A stretch of DNA of 64,000 nucleotides. It comes from Fimicolochytrium jonesii. Taxonomy: Eukaryota. How positions within the stretch are numbered: the first letter of the stretch is position 1; each line of letters opens with the position of its first letter. The position numbers and the translations under genes are program-made. The stretch is taken from NCBI RefSeq assembly GCF_025526975.1, contig NW_026515669.1, forward strand, positions 1,240,001 to 1,304,000, given 5' to 3'. Below are positions 26,744 to 38,921 of this stretch, piece by piece. The notes below the pieces were generated by a model. It saw nothing but the letters and a program-made list of their open reading frames with translations, was not told the origin of the DNA and did not search any database.

Positions 26744-29498
26744 TCACTTGAGCTCCTCACTATCCGCCGCCATCCTAGCCTTGATCGCGTCACGCACGTC
26801 CTTGATGGACATGGCGCCGTTCTTGATCCGTACAACCGTGCCCGCCATGTCCAGATCCGTAACCGTGCACCATTGGGGAACCACCTGTGCCAACAACCGA
26901 ATGTGCGCCGCTGCTTCACCTACAGCAGAACAGATGTAAGAATTAGTGGATGATGGATGACATGAACGGTACGAATGTAACAGGGACTCACTCTCGGATA
27001 GAGACGCAGTTAGACTGTCGGCCATCTTCTTGGCAGTGTTGGCGAGGGGCATTACAGACTTGTTGGCCGAAGACATCATACTGTTGGAAAACATGGGAGA
27101 GGTAAATGTTTAGCACTTGAGCCGAAATCGTAGTCCCATGCATTTCCTGACCACACGGCGTACGTACAAGCTCAAAGCCTGGGCAAGATCTCCCAATCGC
27201 GCCATCATGGCCCTTTCGCGTATCTGGTCCGGGGAAGGCTTCTTCTCGTACATCGCCTTCTCAATCGCTTTGCGTTCCCGTTCTCGAATCTACGAAATGG
27301 TGGCCGAACTTGTAAGCGTGTGGTTCAGCAAAATCGAGACAATCACAACAAGGACATACCCGTGCCAAGATATCCGACGCTTTCGACCTCGGTTTCGTCG
27401 GTGGCTTGGGCATCACCGCTTCTCTAACTTCCTGTTTCGGCGTCTCGGGCGTTCCAGGCACCACGCCTATCATTCCCCCCACCTTGCCCAAGACCCGCGG
27501 TGGCGGGGTATCTACCCTTTCCATATTCCCCAAATCCATATCGGCGGGTCCATCGATGGGATGAGGCAGTCCAGTCCTAGTCTTGGAATCTCCCTGCGGC
27601 GTCACCGCCTCCTCTGTCGTCTTCGCGGCCGCTTCCATCTGCTTACGACTAGACGAGGCGATCGAGTTTCTAAAGTCCGGCAAGGATTCCTTCAACTCCG
27701 GCATATCCGCCTCCTCAATCTCCGGGACGGAATCCAGATCGAACCGTGGGTGCCAGCACATCAAGTCCTCGCCAGGGTGTCCTCTAGTGTTCACTCCTCG
27801 CACCGTGTCGGTCAGCGAGTCCAAAAATATCTATCATGGAAAGAAGAGGGAGACGATCTGAGTGATCTGGTATTTGAGGGTCACTGAGCAACAACTCGAT
27901 ACTCACATCATGCTGCACCCGCACAAGGCGCACAAGTCGACCGTGAAATTCCTTTCTCCGTTCGCCCATACTGCTCGCTGCAGCGTCTGCAGTCGCCCGC
28001 ATCTTAACACTGTCCAGCGCAGATCGCGACGGGGCGGCCAGCGTCCCTCCCCGTATCACGGATGGGGATGTCAATGGTGACGATGTGGGTGTTGACGGTT
28101 GGGTAATGGACTCGGGCATGGGAACTTCGATGCACACGGAAGTGACACGCACGCCCTGGTCGATTGTCTGCACACTTTGATACGTGTATGCCTCAGGAAA
28201 CACGTGTCGGATTTGAGCAAGATTGCGTATTTCAAAGTCACTGCAGTAAGCAGGTATAACGTTAGACCTCATACCCCAAAAGGGACGTCACACCTCGCTC
28301 ACAAACAGGAGGAGTTTCCCTTACCGATGGCAAACGTTCTCGACGGCTTTCCTAATCTTGTGGTACACGCACTTCTGATCTCGACCTCGCATGAACATGA
28401 CGGTGTACTCGAGCGCGTTAAACATTTTCTCCAGAGTTTCATATTTAGATGGCAGAAGAAGCTTCTTTCCGGGTATAATGAGGTGTCGATAACGTTGATG
28501 AGCAGGTAGCACCTTTGAAGTTGAGTTTGGTGCAAGAGTAGCGAGCGTAGAGCCCTTGAGTGAAGGTTTCGTTGGTGTTGTGGGTGCGCTGTGAACGATA
28601 ACTGCTTTTGAGAGACGATTCTTCGGAAACGCAGAAGAACGAGCTCTGATGGGAACTTACGTCGATGGGGAACTGAGTTCCTTGGGGTCGTGAACCTCCG
28701 GTTGGTGTTCAGCACGCGGCGATGGAAGTATCGCAGAATCGAGAAGTGTCGATGGAGGCTTGGGTGTAGCGTCGATCTTGACGAAGCGAGGTGGTGCTGG
28801 TCGAGTAATCTTGTGTGTCGTTCGGTCCGCTGTCTCATATGGAGATTCCCTTGTTTCCCTTGAATAGGGTGTTGATGTGCCTTTGCTGGGAGGTGAGCTC
28901 TCTGATTCCCTAGCATCATTGTTGGATTCAATTCTCTGTTGCCAAGCAGGTGGAGCGACCATGTCAGAATCCAGGTCATAAATGTATGCATGAAGGAGTA
29001 AGGTTCAAACCTGAGGGGTTGTCCTCAACTTCCTAGTCTTCTCTCCCGTTTTGAGTCGTTTCCTATTTTCCGGAAGCTGACATGGTGTAGGATCCACTTC
29101 TTCTGCTCGACGCTGTTCCCATAAGAAGCGAAAAGCTTAATAACAAGCTTGCAGTGCAACCGCCACGACCTGAGAGCAAAGAAGCATACCTTTAGGCCGA
29201 CATGAAACACCGACTCCTCTTGAACTTCTTTCGCCAGCGGCGATCCTGTATGCGTTGTAGTCGCCAATCGAATAGTATCTCCACGGCCTGCGCGTTTGCG
29301 GGCCGTGCTCTGGGCACCCTGTACTGGTGTCTTCCCTGACTGTAGCTGCTTGAATAGGACTCTTTTAGTGGAGCTGACCTAGTGCTATGCGACGAATGTG
29401 GAATCTACCTTAGCCCTAGACCGAGTGACCGACCCGCTCTTTTGCGACGGGAAAAAGCTCTGTAAGCTCGGCGTTGACGCCGTATGTGCTTTGGTCAT
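26744..29498 (-). CDS. CDT1: DNA replication licensing factor Cdt1, multi-exon
   Basis: N-terminal PIP-like SLQSFF; LLLPSKYETLEKMFNALE..VENVCHR..FEIRNLAQIRHVFPEAY; WHPRFDLDSVPEIEEADMP; ILARIRERE; C-terminal winged helix HIRLLAQVVPQW. Confidence 0.9.
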
Positions 29499-29730
29499 GG
29501 CTATATCGTTGCCCAAAAGAAACACTATATGCTGGCGGGTCCTTATCACGGTCCTGCGGCTTTGGGACACTGGATCGGCCCCTCTGGTGTGCTTGCGGCC
29601 GAAATGTTCGGCTCAAAGCAACACACTGTACGCTCACTCACAACTACCGGGATTGGAACCCCGCTCGTGGCCTTTCCGTCGAGATCGTTCTTAAGATCGT
29701 ATACACACAGCTCCGTTGGTGGTTTCCTGT

Positions 29731-29770
29731 ATTGGCGCCGGTCGATGAGTCCGAACACCTCTTTTCGCGT
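29731..29770. promoter_or_regulatory. Candidate G1/S elements upstream of CDT1 (E2F-like TTGGCGCC; SBF/E2F-like ACGCGAAAA on minus strand)
   Basis: Motifs at 29732-29739 and 29762-29770, about 250 bp upstream of the CDT1 ATG; short enough to occur by chance. Confidence 0.3.
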
Positions 29771-30180
29771 TCGGAGCAAGGTCCCGCTACCTTTCGTCTG
29801 CCCCGTGATGGACCCGGTGGAGGTGCTGAGGGCTTCTAAGGGAGAACTGCGAGCGGATAAGAGCCCGGGTAGCCCGCAGACGACTACTACTATACACTAC
29901 TTTCTGTTCGGGAGGATGCGTTTCCGGGAAGGGAACAAGGGTCCACCGTTCACGCGTGGGGGAAAGGAACACCGTCGGACGGACATTCACGCTTGTCCGA
30001 AAGCGGTCGGACGCAGTCGGACACGTCTCCCGTAGGAAATGTCTGGCCCTGTTGCAAGTTGGCTTTCCGCAAGCGACGTCGACAAGAAGGTTCGCAACAT
30101 TCCTCCCGGACCTCCCCCTGCGCAACGTCCTGTCACCTCAAGCTTCCCTTGTACTATTCCATTTTCGTGGAGAGATAGGT

Positions 30181-30260
30181 CCTTCCCGTCATAGGAGTTT
30201 CCATTTATTACGCTCTTACCACCCCGCCTTCCCGTCAGGACCTATTACGCTCTTACCACC
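30181..30260. repeat. Imperfect tandem duplication (CCTTCCCGTCA...TATTACGCTCTTACCACC twice)
   Basis: 11-bp block at 30181 and 30227; 18-bp block at 30206 and 30243. Confidence 0.8.
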
Positions 30261-30319
30261 AGCCGCACAACGCTTCGGCTCGACGACCGAGACCACGTCC
30301 AAGAAGGCTCGCGCATCAT

Positions 30320-30890
30320 ATCTACCTCAGGGTGAAGAGCTCATCAGTCACCCGGCCTTTGTTTCCTGGTTTGCCAGAATGGTATCCGGAAACAGGCAGG
30401 CCGCCTGTCGCGGAAACCCTCGAGACAGTGACGGAGATATTCACCAATGGAACACCGATCGCAACGAGGCAGGCGATCTCATTTACATTGAAATTCCCCT
30501 TGGGGAGGCAGTAAGGGGATGGACTTCTCGCTACGAAGAAGAGCAATTGATAGGACTCCGTAGCTTGGTCTGTTGCGGGTGTCCGTGTAATGCAAATGCC
30601 GAAAGTCTTCGATGCCTCATTATATCTTGTGCAGGCATTGGGCTTACGGTCGACGCCATTGCCGGTTGCGGCTAGGGTGCCGTAGAAGCTATGGAGGCAG
30701 TTGGAGTGATCACCGTCCACGAGGTCGCCCACTACTTTGTCGACAAGACATCCACCCCTTTCTCTCTCGCCACGTGGTCTTCAGTGTCTCCCTTCTCTTC
30801 CATGATGATCAATACAGATATGACGAGGACATCGGCCCCCGCAGCATCTACGTAACAGGGCGCCCACGTCCTCGTCAATATCCGCGTTGA
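30320..30890 (+). pseudogene. Probable decayed gene with a zincin-like HExxH motif
   Basis: Protein-like frame interrupted by TAG at 30673-30675, continuing EAVGVITVHEVAHYF, then an apparent frameshift into RQDIHPFLSRHVVFS. Confidence 0.35.
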
Positions 30891-31610
30891 TCACCATAGA
30901 ATTCATCCCCCGGAATCGATCATACTCTTTACATCAACCTCGAGACCAGGCGACCATCTCGCCACGACGGCCGGAAGTTGTATGATTCAAGTCGAGCCTC
31001 TGTGGCCTACGCGCCGGAGTTTTATAGATTCTTTTCCTGCCGACCGTTCCTCGCACCCTTGCGTTTCAACTCTTCATCGGGCAGTCATACCAACCAACCT
31101 CTATATGGCGCACCCTGTCTTTTTGTGAACGTCCGGCATGCCTGCCCAAATACACTGTGCACATTTGTTCACCGATTGCTTCATTACGCACCCTCACCGT
31201 ATCCATCCTTGTCATTCAGTTCCTATACAGTTTTGTCCATGGGCCATGTAGGATATCTTTGCCGTGCAAAGTGACCGAGCGACCGTGCACGTGAAATGTG
31301 CGAGACGTGTTTGCGATATGTTAAACCCGAATGATTTTGAGTGGTCTCTCCCGAGGAACCATATAGAGAAAGCGCGAAGTTCGAGAGAAAGAACAGGATT
31401 CTGAACATGCCTCGGCCGTGCGACTTACCGTTGCCCGTAGCCGTGAAGTCGCTCGGAGCAAGGCAGCCCTCGTTTCCATGTTAGCGGTCCATTCGCCATC
31501 TAATTAAAGTATGTACACGTGCACCGCTTGAATCCGCGATGGGCAAACCTTCCTATTATCCCTCGTGCTCATACGAGCGACTATCCACTTGATCTGGATT
31601 CGCATCATCA

Positions 31611-33026
31611 CTACTGGAACGCAACTGACGTTTTCGAGCTTTCCACCTTGCCCCCACCACTGACAAAACCCGTCCCTGGTTTGTTGACGAGTAAGTTAGT
31701 ACAGGAAGAGAAGCAAATCACATCGGAACTCAGTCAACGCACCTTCTCCATCAAGTTCCACGATATCCTTTATTTTGCACTTCTTTTCGCATATGTGACA
31801 TTTCAGACTCGGTCGCACGAACTTGGCGCAACATCCTTTACAAAGGACATGCCCGCAGTTCTTCAGAACCACAATCTTCGACCCGTTTGTCAACGTCTTC
31901 AAGCAGGCCGGACAGACCAGCTGTGTCGGATCGCCTTTCGCGCTGGTGAACTTGGTCTCTATGAGTCGTTTGATACTGGAATAATATCCATCTGTTAGCG
32001 CGGGTCCTTGCATTGAGAGCACAATGGTACCTACGTCACTGGATGTGGAGTTTCTGTTGCTGTGCACATCGTCTCCAACTTCGGGGCGTGAACAATCTCG
32101 ATCTTTGCATCCGGCGTCAGCGATGGGATCCAGAAACTAGGTAGCGATTTGCCTTTCGGGTCCACCTATGTAAACAATCGAAGCGGTGGTTAGATGTGGC
32201 CCCGGTGACACATGTGCTGCATAGTCTCCCTTACGCCAATCGTCTTTGTCTCCGGATTTGTCAACTTAGCCGTCTCCTCCGCCCTCGTCCGGTTCTCGTC
32301 TTTATCGTATTGATATACCACCCCATCTGCGGTATGCACCATCTTGTACACTTTCCCACTCATCAGCCTCTTGTCATCCCCTATCTCCACAAACGCCTTC
32401 ATCGATGTCGGCAGGAACTGAGCTTCCGTTTGTTCGAATAATGCTATTTCCGCCTCTTTTGCTGCGTCTTTCGAGCTTTGACGTTCGGCCTGGATTCATA
32501 ACCGTTAGACACGACGATTCGTCGCACTTTCGAGATAGCAGCGTTATACGCTGTGCGCACCTCCAATAAAGCCTGCTGCTCTTCGTATAGCTTTTGCTGC
32601 CGTGCAATATCTTTCTTCTGCGCAAGGATGTTTTCGTACATACATTCCTAGAGTAGCTAGTTTCAGCATATAAACATATATGGCTCCGCAAGTGATCCCA
32701 ACTTACCTTGCAAGATAAATGCCCCTCAGGACTGCAATAGCGATCAGACCCTTCCGGTCAGCCCCAATTAGCGAAGACAATCGAACTGAAAGGACAGCAT
32801 ACCAGCATAGTGGTTCTCGCGCTCTTTGCAAGCATAAGAAACAGGCGTCAAAATTCCTCATAGAATCTCTTCCGAGTCTCTGCTTCGTCGTGCCATAGTT
32901 TAGTTTCGATTTTTCATAGTGCGTGAAGAACGCTAACGCTGTGTTGTTTTTCGAGTGTCTGCGTAGTGGAGGAAGAGGTTAGTAGGAGATATGGCAAAGT
33001 TGAATTGTGGCGACTTACCTGGACAT
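31611..33026 (-). CDS. NOSIP: NOSIP-like RING/U-box protein, multi-exon with an 8-nt first exon
   Basis: Spliced MSRHSKNNTALAFFTHYE..YGTTKQRLGRDSMRNFDACFLCLQ; LPSFWIPSLTP; CPACLKTLTN..CGHVLC; EGTGFVSGG; stop TAG followed by TGA TGA. Confidence 0.92.
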
Positions 33027-33250
33027 CGTAATGGAGTCTCCGATCTTCGCTAATTGTTGAACGTCGGTTGGAAATCGGTTGGAAAGGCTGCTTTGGGAGG
33101 CTTTGGGCGTGACTACTGTAGGAATGGGTAACTCACGTCGTTTGTCACAGTCACCGCGGAAAGCATTCCTCCACTGCCCGTTTGCAAACAATTTCAACGA
33201 ATCTCCCCACTCAGACAGCAACCCAACAACGCTCCTCTCTCAATTCAGCC

Positions 33251-33769
33251 ATGCGTCTCTCAGTATCTTTCCTTGCGACCTTCTTCGCCTTCCTGGCGCT
33301 TTGCGCTTTCGCCCAGGCGGCCACACCAAACCAGTACAAGTTCACCGGCACCAAGACTGCGTCTGGTAAGTGTCAAGTTCTCACAACCCAGCAGGCACCC
33401 AAAGTACTTTCAGAGTTGCTCATACTTCTCTTGCAGATATCAAGCGCTATATCGTATCTTTCAAAGAGACTGCCACAACGACTAGCCTGGATGACCTTAC
33501 CACCAAGGTGAAGGAGTTGGGAGGCGATATCATCAACCGGTATGTATGCAATAATCGCATATCTGTGTGTGCAGTTGTTGCATATTCGTGAGTGGACTGA
33601 GGTATCTGACGCTGTCCTATTTTACGATGGCTGCAGATTCAGCGTCATTCCCGCCATTGTTGTTGACCTCCCCGCCAAGCTCGCCACCGCCTTGGCCGCT
33701 ATACCCGGAGTAGACTCGGTGGAAGAGGACCAGCCAGTAAATGCGATGCCCGGAAAGAAGAGGATGTGA
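33251..33769 (+). CDS. Small secreted peptidase inhibitor I9 (subtilisin propeptide-like), 3 exons
   Basis: Signal peptide, then RYIVSFKE...VKELGGDIINRFSVIPAIVVDLP...PGVDSVEEDQPV; no protease domain follows. Confidence 0.85.
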
Positions 33770-34106
33770 AATGCCTATCAACGGTGCTCTTCCCATCCAA
33801 TTGGAGCCTCAGCCCAATTTTGTTAAGGATCTAAAATCACTCGAAGTTTTTGTTGTGGCGGAAGGCTCCATGGCCATTAGTTTCTGGTCTGGAGCCAATT
33901 TTATCACGCCGATTTTGTACTTTGTGGTATTTTCTCACGGAACATTGGAGAAATAGGAATTTTGTTCAAGACATACTTTTCTTTTGAATCATCCATATGG
34001 CGGTCATAAGTACAAAATCCCCCAAAAAACCCCACTACGAGAAATATGTGCACATCAATCATCCGTCTCACCCCTACATACACGCCTCCCAAAAGCCTAC
34101 CCTCAT

Positions 34107-36319
34107 CTACAATCTAGAACGTATAGGTTCAAGCCTATATCTCATCTCCTTCAACTGTTTCGAACTCGGTTCCCAATTCTCAAACATCTTCATCAGGGCG
34201 TCCAGATCCTTTTGCAGATCTTCGTTCGCCTGGATGAACGGGTCATCGATCAGCCGGGCCATTATCCATGGCAGGTAGTAGGGATTTAGCCGCGTTGGGG
34301 CGCTTAGTGAACTCGAGACCATCATGTTTGAGCCCCAGGGCGCGCTGGGGGAGGCTGGGATGCTCCATGCCGGCTTGCCTCCCATTGCCCATGCGACAGC
34401 GAGCCTAATCGTAATCGATACCAAGTCAAGTCAGACATTTCATGGATGTGCCACGGGGGACCATCGAATCCTCCAAGACAAGCGAGCACTCACAAGTATG
34501 TGTTGATCTCTTCGTAAATGACGGAATGTCCCTGCGTCCCGAACAGGGTCCCCGTCAAGACATCGGAAAGATGAACGATAAGGTTGTGATCAGACACCCC
34601 AGCGTTCTGCAGCTTCAGCCCGAAAACCACGAGGTGACTCAAAAAGTCCGGTATGTAATCCGCGCCATCAATGTACAGCGCCCGATAGATGTTCGGGTGC
34701 CTGAAACCATGCATCACCGCTGAATACAGCTGCCAACAACCATTGAGGGTGAGTCGGACCGAAGGACCAATACGAACTGCCCCATGAGGATTGCTTACCG
34801 GCACCACTTGGTCATACCAACTCCCCACTGCAACTGCTCGGATCCCGTGTGCCAGTACGTATCGCATGGCTATTTGATACTTCTTCGCGATTTCCGTATT
34901 TGGGTCATTAAACTCGAACAGCTCCCTGGCGGCATCTGCCTCGAAGTACTTGACGATCATATTTGCCTTCAAGAAGGGGTGCGGGCCTGATATGATAGAG
35001 ATGAGAGGTGAGCATATGAAACGGGAAAGCCGGACAAAGACGGCCGAGTCTCACCATGCGATATGCCCGCCATTGCCAAAAACGCCACCTTCTGCCGCGA
35101 GGGATCTACCCTCCCCTCTTTTATCAGGCGCGAGAGCAGTATCGTAGACACTGGAACGCCCTGACTATGAGCGGCCACAAAGACCATGTCCGCCTCGAGA
35201 AGCTTCTTCGCCCAACCCTTATCGGAATCCACCAACTGCCTATGTAGAATATCGACGCGCCGCTCGATCTTCCCTTCCCCTTCCAATGGCATCATCGTGA
35301 TTGCGTCATCTGACAGCATGATGTTGTACTTTTCCGAGAAGTAGGCGCGCACTGCTAATGCCATTTTCTCGGCGAATCGGCCTGATGTGCCCGTTGGTTC
35401 ACCGACAACTAAGGACGATGCAGATGTCAGAATCAGGTCGCCAACGCCGAAGCAAGTTCCGGTCTGCCTTTGCTTGATGTGTCCTACCTCGCTGCAGGAA
35501 TCGCCCAGGAAACCATCCATGCACGCCGATGACCACAATTTTCTGAATCGTATGGGGCGTCCTGATCAAGCGCTCCAAGATACTCATCCGCCGCGGCTCA
35601 TCCGTGGGTGACCGCGGCCACAACCAGCTCGTCGTCATATGTATTATGCGCTGCAAAAGCTGCTTTTGCGGACTTTCGGGAACCACGGTGTTGTCTGGCA
35701 GCATTTCTGCCTCGTATGATGGAAGGACCACATTGTGCCGCCTATATTTCACCGGTTCGGTTGCTGCCGCGGAACTGATGCTCCCGGATTTCGAGGGAGA
35801 GCCGGTGTAGTCGGCTGAAGATTTGGGGATGTGGGATGGAGAGGAAGGTTTGGCTGTCGGCTCGTTTGGTGGCCAGTCTGGTCCGGGCTTTGCGTCGAAA
35901 GGCAGCTGATCACCCGGCTCCAGAATTGTCGCCGGCCCTGTTATCGTTGACCCTCCAACACTGGCGCTGTCGGAAGTCAGAGGGACGGTCGCCTCTGACG
36001 CTGCCTCGTCGCCTTGTGGATTCTTCGGTGCCAGGCCATTCTCGCGAACGGACTTTGCGTCAGTTGTCGACCCTGCACTTTCAGACGGCACGTTCCCTTC
36101 CGTCGCAGGTTGCACCTCACCCTCCCCAGGCGCTAAAGAACCTGGCGCAGGCTGTTTCGTGAACGGGTGGAGCACCGTCTTCCAGACGTTGGACGAGTTT
36201 GGAGGCATGAATGGATGGTGGGCGGACGGAGTGAAGGAGAATTTGCGATGACGAGAACTCCTAAGACCTCTGTTGAAGAAACGAGTGCTGGTACACACGC
36301 AACGGCGGGTACATAGCAT
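34107..36319 (-). CDS. YML020W-like alpha/beta-hydrolase-fold protein, multi-exon
   Basis: KIVVIGVHGWFPG, VGEPTGTSGRFA, LEGEGKIERRV, nucleophile elbow AHSQG, DQVVP, GHSVIYEE, NPYYLPW; ends IRSRL. Confidence 0.85.
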
Positions 36320-37264
36320 ACGGAAGGATGAGGATGCGTGGGCTTCTTAGGAGGGCATTCTTGCCTCTCGCATAAGAACGTGCTTTGAAAATGCTGCCAG
36401 TTGATACTGCGTTTTGAACCTGAAGGAAAAGAGGAACGTGCAGTTCCTCCCGGCCTCCTCCAATTTGCGAGACTCGTGGTGGCGGACTTGCCCCTGTCGT
36501 CATCACTCTACCGCGCGTGATTTTTCCAAGTCCGCTCCCACCAAAATAATGACAGTTCTCACAAAGTTGCATCAAACAAATAGCCTAGACCCAATCAGCG
36601 TTTTCTCCCGAACCAGCATTTACTCATAATGCTCATATCATGGATGATGAAAATACTAGCATACAGTCCAGCGTTCCATCGGGACTTTGAGCCATTAGAA
36701 TCACTTTGACGGGGGATGGTCAGTCGATTCGGTTTGCATCGCCGCGTATCCATGAGAAACAGCTGCGGAAGTGCTGTATACGGATCCCAGAGCAAAGGCC
36801 GCTGGTGGTTCCATATCGCTTCGAGATCTTTGAGATGAGGTGAGGAGATGCATTAACTCCGGGTAATTTTGTGATGGGTTGATGGGATGCGATTTCTTGT
36901 CGAGCAGACTGTGTACTCGCTTGAGGTGATTGATTACTCATGGGAGTGCATATCATAGTCGCCCCACGCTCTTTTCCCTCACCAAGTACTTGACACAACA
37001 CTCTTTGGTCATTCTCCGGCAGAAAAGTGCTGCCACTCCCATTGGGTTGCAGGTGGCGGCAATGGGATTGGGTCCTCCCCACTCCCCTCCCCGGCCCCTC
37101 ATCAACCTCCTCATCCGATAAAACCTCCTTAAAAGGCCTCGCCGCCCGCGCTCTCCTCGGCGCATTCTTCCTCTGCGGGGTTTCAACCTTGAGCGGGACA
37201 CGGAGGGTAGTCGATATCAGCAAGTGTTCGTCCGGGAGTTCATCGGCACAGCATATCAGCAATA

Positions 37265-37291
37265 CCCTAACCCTAACCCTAACCCTAACCC
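37265..37291 (+). repeat. Interstitial telomere-type repeat (CCCTAA)4.5
   Basis: Read directly from sequence. Confidence 0.9.
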
Positions 37292-37697
37292 ATTTTGGGT
37301 AACTAACAACAACACGCTCCGCTCGTGGTGGGTGGTACACGGGAGCGAGTCACCTCCGGCGGCCGCAGTGGCAGAACACATCACCGCCCCCCCCCCCCCC
37401 CCCCCCTCCCCCCGTCCAGGCCCGCCCGCCTCACTCCCTCAATTTCGAGTCCCCACTATTACTGGAACAATCCGCTCGCTCGCAGCAAAAGTTGCTTCTT
37501 TCTCGCCTGCTTGGAAGACACTTCATACGCCAATAGACTCATAAAGATAGTCAGTCGACAGACGCAAAACGACGGAACTTCCCACTTGGGCTTCACTGGG
37601 AACGAAAAAAGTGAGACTCTCCGCCATTTCCCTGTTCTCTTATCACAAAGTACTCGGCCTAACCGTTGCTCCAACAGCAGATCGAAAAGAACCAGCA

Positions 37698-38921
37698 ATG
37701 AAGTTCTCGTCCGTGGCACTCTGGGCACTGCCCGCCCTGGCCACCGTAACCTCAGTGGTCTCCGGTAACTCTCTTGGTTGTGACATCTCCGACGAAAACT
37801 GTGTCGCCGCTTTCGGGAACTTGCATGCGCGACTGGGAAGCGACGGCACTGATGAGTTCGTCAAGGGTGCTAGCCTGAACCGACGGCAGAATCCTCCGAC
37901 GCCAGTGCCGGATGTGCCCACGCCCGTCGAGGACCCCGTCTCGCCCGTCTCGCCCGTCCCGATTACGACGCCCCGCCCAGTTACGGAACCCGTAGTTACG
38001 AACCCTACCATCACGACCTTTTTCGATCCCAGTAGCGCTTTGTTCCCACGTACCACCACAACTCCAACCACTCCTCCATCCACCACTACAACCACCTCAA
38101 GCACTTCGCAGCGGGCTACCTCCACTGTGACATCCTCTTCCACGTCGCTTGTCGTCGCTACGTCAACGGACGCCAACGGCCAAACCGTCTATGTTACCAG
38201 CACCAAAATAACCATATCCACGAACGCTGTTGCGGACCCCAACGCCACGTCCGGCCAGACAAAGTCAGGTGTGGAGGCGTTCGGGAAAGGGAAGATTGTC
38301 GCGATCGCGGTCGGAGGCTCCTTGGCCGTGCTGGCCGCCGCCGTCGCCATCTTTACGTTCAGGAAGTTGGGTCTCAAACCATCGGACAGATTCCGTGACC
38401 GTCTGTTCAGGAATGAAACGGCTGGAGCTGGAGCTGGAGCGGGCGCCGCCGCTGCCCCTGCATCAACCACCATCAACAACCACATTAATCTTCCTGTAAC
38501 CCCGCCACCACCATCGAACCGGTCCAACACACCCAACCCCTCAGGCACTCTGGACAAACCGTACACTGACAGCGGCTCGCGCACGGGCAGCGGTTCCAGC
38601 CCCCTGCCCGGCTCCGACGCCATGTCTCAAAGCCGCTACAGCGGAGTTCCCGCCGACCACCGCTTCAGCGGCGTCCCCACTGACCCACGCTTCAGCGGCC
38701 TACCCTACGGCGCACAGTACGGCGCGCCAGCCCAAGGCATGACGCACGAGTACGGATACCCCATCCAACCTCACCCACAGGGCCAATACGGTCCGGAGTA
38801 CGGTCATGAATATGGTCATGAGTATGGCCAGGAGTACGGTCAGAACTACGAGCCTCACCGCCAAGGGGCTCCTGCGCAGGCGTATGGAAATCCACAACAT
38901 CCTGCACATCACGGCTATTAG
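37698..38921 (+). CDS. Single-pass type I membrane protein (Mid2/Wsc-like surface-sensor architecture), intronless
   Basis: Signal peptide, Kex2-like LNRR|Q, Pro/Thr/Ser-rich stalk, TM IVAIAVGGSLAVLAAAVAIFTF-RK, cytoplasmic tail with YGxE repeats. Confidence 0.8.
   Translation: MKFSSVALWALPALATVTSVVSGNSLGCDISDENCVAAFGNLHARLGSDGTDEFVKGASLNRRQNPPTPVPDVPTPVEDPVSPVSPVPITTPRPVTEPVVTNPTITTFFDPSSALFPRTTTTPTTPPSTTTTTSSTSQRATSTVTSSSTSLVVATSTDANGQTVYVTSTKITISTNAVADPNATSGQTKSGVEAFGKGKIVAIAVGGSLAVLAAAVAIFTFRKLGLKPSDRFRDRLFRNETAGAGAGAGAAAAPASTTINNHINLPVTPPPPSNRSNTPNPSGTLDKPYTDSGSRTGSGSSPLPGSDAMSQSRYSGVPADHRFSGVPTDPRFSGLPYGAQYGAPAQGMTHEYGYPIQPHPQGQYGPEYGHEYGHEYGQEYGQNYEPHRQGAPAQAYGNPQHPAHHGY

Noticed and set aside
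30673..30675. In-frame TAG as possible stop-codon reassignment
   Set aside because: TAG terminates clear genes here (SYO1, TMEM120, NOSIP, SEC62), and a nearby frameshift points to decay.
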